A stretch of 64,000 nt of DNA from the human T2T-CHM13v2.0 reference genome, Homo sapiens, in the NCBI RefSeq assembly GCF_009914755.1, contig NC_060928.1. One strand, given 5' to 3'. Numbering within the stretch: the first letter of the stretch is position 1; every line of letters begins with the position of its first letter. The notes beneath the pieces are model-generated. The model did no database searches and was not told the DNA's origin. It saw only the letters and a list, made by a program, of their open reading frames with translations. This document shows, piece after piece, positions 1 to 14,708 of this stretch. A program made the translations under genes and the position numbers.

Positions 1-118
1 TGGACTGTGGACTTCTGAGTTAATGCTGAAATGAGCTAAGACTTTGGGGAACTGTTGGGAAGGCATGATTGGTTTAGAAATGTGAGGACATGACATTTGG
101 CAGTGGCCAGGGGCAGAA
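1..118 (+). mobile_element. THE1 (MaLR) internal region, 3' end
   Basis: tggactgtggacttctgagttaatgctgaaatgag...ggccaggggcagaa runs directly into the LTR; recalled THE1-int 3' end with purine tract. Confidence 0.85.
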
Positions 119-492
119 TGATATGGTTTGGTTCTGTGTCCCCACCCAAATCTCATCTTGAGTTGTACTCACATAATTCCCACGTGTTGTGTGAGGGACC
201 TGGTGGTGGATAATTGAATCATGGGGGCGGTTTCCTCCATACTGTTCTTGTGGCACTGAATAAGTCTCAAAAGATTTGATGGTTTCATCAGGGGTTTCTG
301 TTTTTGTGTCTTCCTCATTGTCTCTTTGCCTGCTGCCATCCATGTAGGACATTAGTTGCTTCTGCTTGCCTTTGCCCATGATTGTGAGGCTTCCCCAGCC
401 ACACAGAACTGTAAGTCCAAATAAACCTCCTTTTTTATAAATTGCCCAGTCTCAGGTATGTCTTATCAGCAGCAGGAAAACAGACTAATACA
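119..492 (+). mobile_element. THE1A/B-like MaLR LTR (3' LTR)
   Basis: Starts tgatatggtttgg...ccccacccaaatctcatcttg and ends aaaacagactaataca (TG...CA). Confidence 0.9.
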
Positions 493-499
493 GTATACT

Positions 500-1625
500 T
501 ACAGATTTAAGAAGTTCAGTAAAACTCAAATGGGATAAATGCACAAAAAATCCATACCCAGATGCATCACAATCAAATGGCCAAAAACTAAAAACAAAGA
601 AAAAACACTTGAAAGCAACTCTTGAAAATATTACGTTACATACTGAGGATCAAGAATTCACATGTTTTGGGATTTATTGGAAAAGATAGAGGTAAGAGAA
701 CAGTAGAAAATATTTCTAAAGAGCTGAAAGTAAAGAACTCTTGACCCAGAATTCTAAATCCAGTGAAAATATTTTTCAGGAATAAAGGAAAAAAATAAAA
801 CATTCTCAAATGAAAGGAAACTAAGAGAATTTGTCACCCATTATATCTCATTAAAAATCTATATAAAAAGGAAACAAATAATAAAATGGTAGACAGAAAT
901 ACAAACATATCAATAATTACATTAGCTGTGCATAGTCTAAAAATTAAAATACAGAAATTGTCAAGTTGAATTAAATTTTTTAAAGACTCAATTTTGTGCC
1001 AGTTACAAGAAATCTATTATAAATATAATCAGATAAATAAATTAAAAGTAAAAAGATGAAAAATGACATACCATTTAATCATTAACCAAAAGAAAACGTA
1101 GTAGCTATATTAATATCAAATGAAGTTAATTTCAGAGCATGAAAAATTGTCCAGATTAAAAATATTAAAAGGGCTAATTCACTGACAATAAACAAACTAT
1201 TCTAAATGTGTCTTCACATAACAATGAGCCTCCAAAGTACATGAAGAAAACCTGCTAGAACTGAAAGGAAATAAAAAAGACGTATCTACAATTATAGTTA
1301 AAGACTTTAGCATTCCTCTCTTAGTAACTGATATAAAAGAAAATCAGCAAGGATATAAAAAATTCTTAAACTGGACTTCAGTAAAATAAAAGCATTTTGC
1401 TCTTCAAAAGACATTGTTAAGAGAATGCAAAGAGCAGCTATAGACTGATTAGCGAAAATTGCAAATCACATACTTAACAAAAGGCTTGCATCCAGAATAT
1501 AAAAATAAATTTCAAAACTCAGCAATAAAAAAGCAAACAACCCAATGTCTTTTAATGGGAAAAAGATTGAACAAATACTTCACAAAAATGTCAAGTAAGT
1601 ACACGCAAAGATGCTCAATATTCTT
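500..1625 (+). mobile_element. Old L1M fragments (ORF1 end, ORF2 endonuclease start, then ORF2 C-terminal piece)
   Basis: A-rich L1-like motifs such as catatcaataattacatta and tgctcttcaaaagacattgttaagagaatg; ORF 1459-1695 resembles degenerate ORF2p C-terminus. Confidence 0.75.
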
Positions 1626-2299
1626 TGTCACAATGATTAACCATAGTAACAGTTGCTACAGGTTCTTACACATGAAATCATGTTCAGTTGGCTAAATGTT
1701 TAAATACTAAAATAAAATACCTAAATACCAGAAATGGCTCAATGGCTTGCAATCAAATTTTCACAATTTTCCTTTCATTTTATGTTGTAAAAAGGTAGAA
1801 ATAATATAAATATTTTAGAGTCAAAGTTTTAAAATAAAAATATGTGGAATATTATATCATTGTGCTTTCTCCTATTTTTATATATGTTAGCTGTTTATAT
1901 ATTACCATCTCCTGAAACAGAGTAGCAAATAAAGTGTAAGTTGCATTTTCCTCTATTTTATTGACTAAAGAAAGTATGCTTTTATAATAAAGGGTATATG
2001 AAATCCAAAGGCTGAAACTTCTAATAGTTTCCAAGTGTTTTTCATTTTTTTTTCTATTTAGATATACAGTTCATTTTTATTAGTGGAAATTCATTCTCAA
2101 AGTTGAACTTGGTTTAGGTCTTGGCAAATCATTTTTCAATTCTAACACCCAGTGTTGTGATATTATGCAGAAAAAGATACTCTCATACATTTCTAGGTGG
2201 AGTGTATATTAGTTTAAAAAATTCTAGCAGGTAATCTTCAATATTCAAAATAATCTGAAAATAAAAGAATCACCTTTTCTTTAGTATATAACATTTTAT

Positions 2300-2490
2300 T
2301 AATTATTAACTAATATTGACTGCATCCTAGGCACTTTGCAAATACATGATATTCATTATTTTTATGAATCGTCTTAAAAACTTTGTATAGTAGGTAATAT
2401 TTTGTTATATCTATCTTATCTATGAGAAAATTGAGGCTTGCAGAATCTTGTACAAGGTCATACAATTAGCATAAATAGAGCCATGAGTAG
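2300..2490 (-). mobile_element. MIR
   Basis: gagaaaattgaggct...caaggtcatacaattag is the reverse complement of the MIR core. Confidence 0.65.
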
Positions 2491-2989
2491 CTAATTATAG
2501 AGAGTAAATTAGCATTGTACCTCTCTAAGAGTAAATGCTTATTAAATTGTCTCTTTAAAAAAATTTTCAAGTGACTATGTTTATAATCACCTCTTTAAAA
2601 TTACTACTAAAATCCTATTTATATGGATAAAATTGAGGAAAATGCTTGGAGGTATCTCTTGACAGCATTATGGTGAGAGCCAATGTCCCAAAAGGATCAT
2701 ATTTAATACAAATCTGTTGATTGGCCTCAGAAGATCTATGATGAATACAGAAGCAGTCCAGGGGCAAGGAAGAAAGGAAGCCTTAATTAGAAGGAAGAGA
2801 ATCAAATTCCTGAGCTCTGGCCAAGAACAGAGATTGGCTAATACTATGTGTTATGTAATGTAATACCAAGTATTAATACAATGGTTACAAGATCATTTGA
2901 CCCTTTGTTAAAATTGAAGAAATTAGTTATGTATCTTCCTTTTACGCATACATTTATTTTTTATTTTGTCCTTCTACTCATCTACTCAT

Positions 2990-3342
<353 letters not shown>

Positions 3343-4084
3343 TGAAAAGCTATTCGTTTTATTAACTTAACACCTATACTGCCTTATTTTCTAGGTTTTC
3401 AATGTATAGGTCATCATAATCCCTAAATTTTGCCTTCATATAACAGGATATACAGAGAAAACATCCAAATCTACTCATAATTATTTTAATGCATTCATCT
3501 CATTCTGTATCTTTACTATTACAAAGAGTGTAATGGAAGAAGAACTAGCTGGCTAATATCTAATTAAAGTGGCATAAACAGTAACTTTAGAATCACCTCT
3601 GCTTTGTTGCACTGCTGCTCACCAGGTACCTTTGGTGACTTCTCATCCATAGACCATAGGTCATTGATTTGTAATAACTATCATTAATTTAAAAGACCGG
3701 AGCTTCGTTTCTTAATTTCTTTTAGAATGAATGTCCTGATGTTAATTGCCTTACTGCTTTGCACTAGGTTAAATTTTCTTTCCTTTCAAAAGATGGCAAA
3801 AGTAAAGTTTCACCATAGCAAAAAAGTTATCTTTAGCCGAAATAACTGGCATGATCTGTTAAATATGTTTTAAACCTATCTTGTTATTGCTGGTTAGTTT
3901 GTCATTAATCATTAAGTTTATAGAATATATCAACAAAATATGAAAAAAACTCCTTAAGAGTGTGTGACATAGAAATATGTCTTCAGGGATTTCCTTCTAT
4001 GTTATTTTTCAATTCCTTTGCCAAATAGGAAAATGATGTATCTCACTATGAGTTTTAAGAGTTGTCAAATATAAACATTTAAAT

Positions 4085-4330
4085 GGATTTAAAGTAAATG
4101 TATGGGAAAAGCATATAATATGAAAAATAAGTTGGAGTGGCAATTTTCATGAGATAAAGCAGACTTCAAGACAAGATTATTACCAGAGATAAAAAGGAGC
4201 ATGTTATAATCATAGAGGTACCCAACAACAAGGTTTAAAATACATGAAAAAATAGGAAATTGAGACAATTCCACAATTGTAGTAGTATGTTTTAATTCTG
4301 TTATCTCAGAAACCTGTACAAAATGAGCAA
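4085..4330 (+). mobile_element. Old L1 ORF2 (endonuclease) fragment
   Basis: gataaagcagacttcaagacaag...accagagataaaaagga. Confidence 0.65.
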
Positions 4331-4371
4331 AGTCTTACATGATTGGAAAAGTCTGATTTTGTCTAATAAAA

Positions 4372-4705
4372 ATTTTTAGCATCTTTATTGAGACATAATT
4401 CACATGCCATAGATTTCATTCTTTTAAAGTGTACAATTCAATAGTTTTTAGCGTATCCAGTTTTGCAGCCATCACCGAAATTTAAATTTAGAAATATATT
4501 AATAACATTAAAAAGAAACCCTATTATATGTTTATTCCCTAATCCCCTCAGTCTCAGGCAATCATAAATCTTTCTGTCTCTAAAGCTTTGCCTATTCTGG
4601 ACATTTCATATAAATGGAAGAATTATAATACATAAAATAACGTATTTCCGTTTCCTCTATGTTGTAGCCTGTATTTGTATTTCATTTCTATTTATTGCTA
4701 AATAA
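4372..4705 (-). mobile_element. L1MB/ME-type 3' UTR fragment
   Basis: tttattgagacataattcacatgccat...ttttaaagtgtacaattcaatagtttttag. Confidence 0.75.
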
Positions 4706-7145
4706 AATCACCCCCCAAAAAACCTACAGTTAACTTTATTTTTAAAGGTGAAACACTAGGTCCTGCCACCAGCCCCACCCATGCATGAACAATGCCCATA
4801 CATTCCCCTTGTAACAGGCCCACTGATCTGAAATCCAACTATGAACTCTGAAGCAGACCTGTAACTCAGCTCCATTTCTGCTCTAGCATAAACTGGGAGC
4901 AGTCTTGCTCACTTAATTAAGGGGCCCAGTAAGGGACATACCTTTCCATGCCTCCAGTAGCAGGCCTATCCACCTAAGACCAGATTGCAGATACTGAAGC
5001 AGCTCTGTGATTAAATTCCAGCACCACTCTACTGCAGTCTGGGGGACATTCCATCAACCCAAAAACCCAGCAAGAGAAGGCCTTTACCTTCTGAAAACAG
5101 TCTGTAAAGACTGGAAGAGGAATTTACCCCTCCAGATGCATACACACATGGATCATGAAGAAACAGGCAAACATGACACCACCAAAGGAAATGACCCTTT
5201 AAAAAAATGTAGATTCATTAACTGCTCGACAAAGAATTTTAAGTAAGCATCTTAAAGAAGCTCAATTAGCTACAAGAGAACAAAAATGGACACATAAACA
5301 AAATCAGAAAAAACAATACATGAACAGAATGAAAAGTTTAATTAAAAAATAGAAACCATTAGAAAGAATTAAATGACAATCCAGAGCTGAAGAATATGAT
5401 GAATTAACCGAAAAAGTGATAAAGAGCTACAACAGTAAACATGATAATACAGGAAATAAAAACAAAAAACTGGTGATCTCAAAGACATGTTATTTGAAAT
5501 TAGCCAGTTAGAGAAACAAAATGAAAAGAGAATGAAAGAGTGAAGAAAAGCATATATGACTTGTGGAACACCATCAAGTGTACAAATATACAAATTATGA
5601 GATTTCCAGAAGAAAAAGAGAAAGGAAAACAGAAAGCTTAAAGAAGTACCGGTTGAAAATTTCCCAAATCTTGAGAGGAATATGAACATCTAGATTTATA
5701 AAGCTTAGGGGATCCCAGGCATGATTAACCCAATGAAGAATACTCAGGGACATATTATAATTAAATTGTTGAAAGTTAAACACAAAAAAAGAATAATGAA
5801 AGCTATAAGAAAAAAAAGGTTCATTATATACAAGGGAACTCAATACCATCAATGGACTTCTTTAGAGTAACCTTGCAAAGCAAGAGGGAGTTAGATGATA
5901 CAGTCAAATGCTGAAAGAAAAAAAAGAATACTTACCCAGCAAAACTGTCTTTTTAGAATGAAAGAGAGATAAAGACTTTCCCAGAGAAACAAAAACTGAG
6001 GAAGTGCATGACTACTAGACCTGCTTCACAAGAAATGCTGAACAAATTTCTACAAGTTTAAACAAAAAGATGCTGAACAACAACATGAAAGCATAATAAA
6101 GTATAAATCTCACTGGTAAAGGTAACTGTAATCACAAACACAGAATACTATAACCCATATTAAAGGAAGAAAGTAGTCAGAATAATTACAAATACAGAAA
6201 TATGTTAATGACAATACAACATGGAAAGAAATTATTATGTCATTAATTACATAAAGTTTGTTGGGGGGAGTGAAGTCTAGTGTTTATGTGATTGATGTGA
6301 AGTTATTTCAGCTTAAGACATGTGGCTATATAAATAAAATGTTCAATGTGAGCCCCATAGTAACCACACACAAAAAATATACATCAGGTAGACAAAAGAT
6401 AAAGAGAAAAGAATCAAAGCACACCAATACAAGAAATTATCAAACCGCAAAGAAATACAAGAAGAGAGGAACAAGAGAAATATAAAACAGACAAAAAACA
6501 ATTTAAACAGTGGCCAAAGGCAATCCTTAGTATCCAAAAATTACTAGAAATATAAATGAACTATACTTTTTAATCAAAAGGCATAGGAGTGGCGGAATGG
6601 ATTTTTTAAAAAAAAGAAAAAAAACAAGGCCCAAATATATATTGTCTTCAAGAAACTAAAAGTGAAGAGATGAAAAAAGATATTCCATGTAAATTGTAAC
6701 CAAAAGAGAGCAGGGTGGTTAAACTCATATCAGGCAAAACAGACTTTAAGTCAAAAACTATCACAAGAGACAAAGAAGTTAATTATATAATCATAAAATG
6801 GTCAGTTCAAAAGGAAGATATAATAATTATAAACATATATGCACCCAAGATAAAAGCACCAAAATATATAAAGCAAACATTGGTAAATCTGAAGGTATAA
6901 ACAAACATTAGCAAAATAAGAGTAGAAGACCCCACCCTGTACAACAGATGGATCAACTACACAGAAGATCTGTAAGAAAACCACAGAAACAAAGAACACT
7001 GCAGACTACATAGAGCTAACAGACATACAGAAATTCTACCTTGTGGCAGCAGAATACACATTCTTCTAACGTACACATGGCACACTCCCCGGGATAGATC
7101 AAATGTTAGTTTATAAAACAAGTCTTAACATATTTAAAAATGTCA

Positions 7146-7490
<345 letters not shown>

Positions 7491-8484
7491 CTAAATCAGT
7501 AACAATAAGAAAACAGAAAAATTCACAAATACATAGAAACTGAATAACAGACTCTTAAACAATCACTGGGTCAAACAGAAAACCAAAAGAGAATTCTAAA
7601 AACATTTTGAGACAAATGAAAATAAAAACACAACATACCAAAACTTACGGGATACAGCAAAAGCAGCACTTTTTCCAATGAAAAAAAAACAGCCAACAGG
7701 AATATGGAAAGATGCTCAAAATCACTAATCAGCAGTGAAATTCAAATCAAAATCATTAACAGATATCACCTCACACCTATTTAAAAGGCTATTATCAGAA
7801 AGACAAAAGATAGCACACTTTGGAAAGGGTATGAACAGGAAATGCTTATACATTGTTGGTAATAAAGTAAATTTTTATAGCCATTATGGAAAACACTATG
7901 GAAGCTCCTGTTAAAAAAAAGAGAATTACCAAATGATTCAGCAACTCCTCTTCTGGTATTAAATCAGTATCTTGATTTAAAAATATTAAATCAGTATCCT
8001 GCAGAAATATGTACATGACCATGTTCACTGAAGCATTATTCATAATAGCCAAGATAGAAAAACAACCTAAATTTTCACTAACAGATGAGTAGACACAATA
8101 CACACATGTATACATATACACACACAAACACACAATGGAATATTATTCAGCTGTTTAAAAAAAAGAAAATCCTGCCTATGTAACAACATGGATGAAACTT
8201 GAGAACATTATGCTAAGTGAAGTAATCCAGAAACAGAAAGAAAAATAGTGCATGATCTCACATGTATTCAGAATATAAAATATTAGAACTCATAGAAGCA
8301 CAGAGTCAATGGTAGTTGCTAGGTATTGGAGGTAGGGAAAATGAGGAAATGTCAAAGGACACAAAACTTCAGTTATGCAAGATGAATAAATTCTGAGGAT
8401 CAAATGTATAGCACAGCAACTACAGTCAACCATACTGTATTGTATACTTGAAATCTATTAAGAGGGTAGATCTTAAGAGTTCTT

Positions 8485-8802
8485 GGCCGGCATGGTGTCT
8501 CAGGCCTGTATTCCCAGCACTTTGGGAGGCTGAGGAAGGCAGATCACTTGAGGCCAGGAGTTTGAGACCAGCCTAGCCAACATGACAAAACCCTGTCTCT
8601 AGTAAAAAATACAAAAATTATCCAGGCATAGGGGTGTACACCTATAATCCCAGTTACTGGGGAGGCTGAGGCACAGGAATTGTTTGAGCTCAGGAGGCGG
8701 AAGTTGCAGTGAGCAGAGAAGGTCCACTGCACTTCCAGCGTGGAAGACAGAGTGAGACTTTACCTCAAAAATGAAATAAATAAAAAATAAAAATTAAAAA
8801 AA
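8485..8802 (+). mobile_element. Alu (AluJ/Sx-like)
   Basis: ggccgggcatgg start, A-rich tail, TSD gagttctt (8477-8484, 8805-8812). Confidence 0.95.
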
Positions 8803-9084
8803 GTGAGTTCTTAACACATACAGAGAAAAAGGTAACTATGTCAAGGGAGGAATATGTTAAGTTGCCTGATTTTGGTAATCATTTAACAATGTATACTTAT
8901 GTCAAATCAACAAATTGTATCCCTTAAGTATATACAATTTCTATTTGTAAATTATACCCCAATAAGGTGAGAAGAAAAAATAAATATAAACATGAAATTG
9001 GGAATATCATTTATAACTATAAGGGATACAAAGTTTGGAGGTGGGGATAAGCGGGAGAAAATGTTTTTGATTTTAGATATTGCT

Positions 9085-9680
9085 ACTTTTTTAAAAGGCT
9101 GAATGGTATCCTATGGTATAAACAAGCCATAATTTAAATATTGCCCAATTGTTGAATATTTTTCTTATCTCCATTTTTTCCATCATAATAAATACTTTAA
9201 TAAATGCCCTTGAGCATACAGTCTATTTTGTATTTTTTCTATCATAATAAATAATTTAATAACTGCCCTTGAGCATATAGTCTAGATTATTTTGCAATCA
9301 TTTCTGTAAAAGAGATATTTAAAGTGTTATATCTGGAATAAAAGTCAAGACCATTTATTTTTACTTTCACAGACAAAAATTGCTTCACAAATGTATAGTC
9401 CCAACAGAAATATAGAAACATATTTTTCTCTCACTTTAACCGATAATATATAGTGTTTATATTTTTAATTTTGTCCCAATACAGCTACCTTTGTTCATCT
9501 TTTTCTTTACAAATTCTGGAATTTGAATTAGAAAGAATTGATTTCACAGTTATAGAATCTCTATGTTATCTTCTAATGCTTTTTAAAGTCTATTGTTTTT
9601 CAGTTGATTCTATTTAATTTCCTAGATAGATAGTTATATCATCTGCAAATAAGGACAGTTACATCCCATCTCCCAATATT
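9085..9680 (-). mobile_element. Degenerate old L1 (L1ME-like) fragments
   Basis: ggctgaatggtatcctatggtata...; tatatcatctgcaaataaggacagtt is antisense to the RT ADD region. Confidence 0.55.
9173..9295. repeat. Diverged 59-bp tandem duplication
   Basis: attttttc(c/t)atcataataaata(c/a)tttaataa(a/c)tgcccttgagcata(c/t)agtcta occurs twice. Confidence 0.9.
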
Positions 9681-9760
9681 GTATCTACCTAAAATGTGTA
9701 TAATAATACTTAGATTCCAAGGATCATAAGGTCTGGTAAATTGTAGTTTTGTGGCACAGT

Positions 9761-10155
9761 TGTGATGTTTGTTTTCAATTTCATGTTGAAATGTAATACC
9801 CAATGTTGAAATGTGATCCCCAGTGTTGAAGGTGGGGCTTGATAGGAGGGGTCTGGGTCATGGGGGCAGATCCCTCATGAATGGTGTCCCCCCAGTGGTA
9901 ATGAGTAAGTTCTCACTCTACTAGGTCATGCGAGAGCTGGTTGTTAAAAGAAGCCTGGCACCTGCTCCTCTCTCTTTTGCTCCCCCTTCACTTTTTGCCA
10001 TGAGTAGAAGCTTCCTGAGGCCTCACCAGAAGCCAAGCAGATGCTCACGCCATGCTTGTACAGCCAGCAAAATCAGGAGCCAAATAAACCTCTTTTCTTA
10101 ATAAATTACTCAACCTCAAATATTTCTTAATAGCAACACAAAACAGATTAATACA
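9761..10155 (+). mobile_element. MSTB-like MaLR solo LTR
   Basis: tgttgaaggtggggc...tcatgggggcagatccctcatgaatgg...aataaacctcttttc...cagattaataca. Confidence 0.88.
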
Positions 10156-10578
10156 CGTTGTATATTAAAGTAACTGATAACTGTAAAGTACTACATAGAT
10201 GTCAAGTACTACACTTTTTTAGCATCACCTTAATAGAAGGCACTTAATAAACATGTGGAAAACCATATTAAACATGAATTATTTGTAGAAGAAACTAAAA
10301 CTTTTTTCATAAAAAATATTTGGCAATTATAAAAAATTTCAATTAGAATATGAAATAGTCTCATATTAAATATATATATTAAAATAATTTATATTTATAT
10401 TTTATCAAGTAATCAAATGATATTTAATAGCATTCTGACTAGAGATACAAGTCTATTTTCCTCATATTTATTTTGATGTATAGTGAAAGATAAGGGCAAT
10501 TAAACTTAAGAAAAAGTCATATTTAACAAAACACAATTGCCCCTGAATTGGCACCCTTCTTAGAATATGGCTTTTTAG

Positions 10579-10935
<357 letters not shown>

Positions 10936-11749
10936 TTATTATCACATTATTATCAGTGTTTACATAAATCTAAATCAAAATGAAATATTTATGGCAAAAA
11001 AATACTCCCTAAGAGTTGCTGCTGTCAAGTTCCTGGGAGCAAACTAAGAGATGCTGCAGGTGATAACCAGTGTTTCATTAGCAAATGTGAACATTTGCTC
11101 TTTATTGAGGACTGAGTGAGATGTATGAATAGAAGATCAATAGATTCAATGTTTTATGAAGTATCATCTTTAGAGCCAAGTCCACAGAGTATCACAAGAA
11201 CATGTAAATTCAAAGTTTCCCATGCTGAAAATGATTTCTTAGTCTCAATCTTATCATCTTTAAAATAGAAGTAACACTTGTCAACACGTGATTGCAGTTT
11301 ACATCACTTATCAGAGCTGCACTTGCGTCTGGCAGAATATCATAAACATTTCACATCCTATCTGCAAATAAAATGGGACGGGGCCTGGAATAAAGTTAAT
11401 TCAAAACATGCTTAATTTCGAATTTGATTAATATAAGGAAGATAATTGTTACATTAATTTTAATAAATATGTTAAAAGGTTAAGTGTTGTTAATACAGAT
11501 AGGAGGAATTTTCCTCTTAAGCTCTAACATCAATATTCCTCAAATTTAAAAATGATAAATTTTTCTATTTTATTACATCCTTTCATAAGGAATATTCATA
11601 TACATAAGGACTTATATAATGTTGAAACTATACCAAATTCGGATACTAAATATCAAATAGCAATAGTAATGCTTTTGTTTCTTCAGAGGGATTAAAGTGT
11701 TCATTTTAAGCCTAAGCAAATAAGAGTTGAGATTTTAATATATCTCATT

Positions 11750-12210
11750 TAAAAAAATAAAGAAGCAGAGAATATGATTATTAAGGTATATAGAATTGAA
11801 CTTCATGATTGAACCATCTGACCTAATCAGCATATGGAGAACACTGCATGCCTAGTGCAGATTGCATATTCTTTACAAATATACAGAAAACAGCTACCAA
11901 ATTACACAATATGCGGGCCCCTAAAGCAAGTCTCATCAAATTTCAAAAACAAAATTACAGACCATATTTTTTGACCAAGGCATTATTAAACTAGAAATCA
12001 AGACTAGAAAAATTATTGAAATTTTTCCAAATATTTTGAAATTATGAAACAGAAATAATCAATGGGTCAAAGAAAAGCCCACAATGTAAATTAGAAACTG
12101 CTTGAAAATTAGTTATATTGGAAATACAGTATAAAAGATTGTGGGAGAAATCTAAAGATGTACTTTAACAGAAATTTATAGTTTAAGTGCATATGTTAAG
12201 GAAAAAGAAA
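11750..12210 (+). mobile_element. Old host L1M ORF2, segment 1
   Basis: aaagcaagtctcatcaaatttc...aaactagaaatcaa...atgggtcaaagaaaa. Confidence 0.75.
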
Positions 12211-14397
12211 GAGGAGAGTGACATCAGCAAGATGGCAAAATATAAACATTTTACTCTTTTTTTAAAATCTCTGCCCCAATCTACTTTATTTTGATGATTC
12301 AAATGACATCTTTTTATATTGCAAATCTATTAGCATAGACTTATAATTACTTTTTATAATTTTGTTATAAAAATTATTACAGAAAGCTCCAGATCCTCCT
12401 CCCACAGAGACACATAATTAACAACAATATGTGAGCCTATCTGAGAAATTCAAAAACAAGTAAGAGGTTCTTGCAACCCATATTAAGAGTGAAGCAATCT
12501 GCATCAAAACCCAGTAGGAAAATTTGTAGCATTCTCTTACCAGAGCCTATGGCATGATTCGGAGAAAACCACCAACTCCCCATTCCTCGTTAGGAAAGGG
12601 AAACAGTAGAATGTGTATACAACATTGTGATTTGGGAGGCTTCCTGGGAATTGTTTTCTGTTTTGCCTGAATCTAACTACTGGCAGTAACAGGTGTGCCA
12701 CATTGTAGCCACTTAGAACAAATGCAATCAACCTGCCCCAGAGTCTGCAGTAACGCATGCAGACACTAGTTGAAGCTCCAATACCATGGCTTACTATGGC
12801 ACCAGAGACATTGCATGTATCACAAACTCCAGGGAAAACTCCTGGGTAGAAACAGGCAAACATCCTCAATTAGGAGATTACAAGCACAAGCCCAAAGAGG
12901 ACATATCATCAGAAAAGATTTGAGAAGTCTCCAGAATCTCTAGGTGGGCTGATTTTAAAAAATTCTCCCTATACAAATCCAGATTACAAAGTCTGGAAAA
13001 AGTGGCCGATTATTTAAATGATAAAGTCCAAACAAAAGATAACAAGACATACAATGAAACAGGAAAACATGTCCCAGTCAAAGAAACAAATTAAAAAGAG
13101 ACTCCTTATGTACATGGGGGCTTTTATTATCAGCAGATTTTTCTGCAGAAACCTTATAGATGAGAAGGGAATAAGATGATTTATACAAAGCACTGAAAGA
13201 AAGAAAAAAACCTGTCAACGAAAATTAGTGTATCTAGCAAAACCACCCATCAAAAACAAAGGATAAATTAAGACTTTCCCACGTAAAAGCTGAGGGAGTT
13301 CATCACCACTAGACCTTCCCTATAAGAAATGCTGAAGGGAATAATTTAAGTTGAAGTGAGAGAATAATAAACAGCAGCACAAAACCACATGAAAATATAA
13401 AATTCTCTGGTGACAGCATACATATAGGCAAATATAGAATCCTGTAGTATTACAATGTAAGCATGTAAACTTTTAAATCAAGTGTAGAATTTTAAAAAAC
13501 AAAATTATAAAAAGTAATAGTAAGTCTATGCTACTAGATATGCAATATAAAAAGATGTCATTTGAGTCATCAATAAAATAAAGTGGATGGGGCAAAGATT
13601 AAAAAAGTCAAGTTTTTATATGTGATTAAAATTATCCATTTAAAATAGATTGTTACAACTTTAAGATTCTTTATACAATTGCAATGATAACCACGAAGAA
13701 AATATCTACTGAATATTCACAAAAAAAATCAGAAGAGAAATTAAATGTGTCAACACAAAAATTAAACAAAACAAGTTAAGGCAGCAAGGAAGAAAAGGAA
13801 GAACAAAAAGCTACAGAACATGCAAGACAAAAGCACAATGCCAATGGTATTTCCTATCAGTAATTACTTTAAATGCAGATGAATTAAATGTCCCAATTTA
13901 AAATCATAAATTGGATGAATGGATAAAATATCTTCAACCAAGATGCAGCTATATACTGTCTACAAGGGACTCAGTCTAGACCCTGGAATGTACACATTGG
14001 TTAAAAGTAAAAGAATGAAAAAGGATAGTTCATGCAAATAGGAACCTAAAAAGAGCCATATTTACAATAGAGAAAATAACCTTTAAGATAAAAACTGTCA
14101 CAGGAGCCAAAGAAAAACATTATATTAATATAATGAAAAAAGCTAAATTCATCAGTAAGATATAATTAGTAATTATAAATATATATACACCTAACATTAG
14201 AACTTCCAAATATGTGAAGCAAACACTGGCAAAACTGAAGGAAGAAATAGACAGCAACATAATAATAATAATATGAGACTTCAGTACACTTTCAGTTGTG
14301 GATAGAGCAAGGAGACAGAACATCATGAGGGACACAGAGAACATGAACAATACTGCGGAGCACTTGGACCTAACAGACGTAAAGAGAACACTCCACA

Positions 14398-14672
14398 GGC
14401 CGGGCGCGGTGGCTCACACCTGTAATCCCAGCACTTTGGGAGGCCAAGGCGGGCGGATCACGAGGTCAGGAGATCGAGACCATCCTGGCTAACACAAACC
14501 CCGTCTCTACTAAAAATACAAAAATTAGCTGGGCGCAGTGGCTGGCGCCTGCAGTCCCAGCTACTCTGGAGGCTGAAGCAGGAGAATGGCGTGAACTCAG
14601 GAGGCGGAGCTTGCAGTGAGCCAAGATGGCGCCACTGCACTGCAGCCTGGGCGACAGAGCGAGACACCGTCT

Positions 14673-14704
<32 letters not shown>
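14398..14704 (+). mobile_element. AluY-like
   Basis: ggccgggcgcggtgg start, Y-type diagnostics, long A tail, TSD core agaacactc. Confidence 0.95.

Positions 14705-14708
<4 letters not shown>

Noticed and set aside
7957-8000. Short 15-20 bp direct repeats (also 9783-9828, 15037-15080, 29947-29989)
   Set aside because: Ordinary slippage duplications within old repeats
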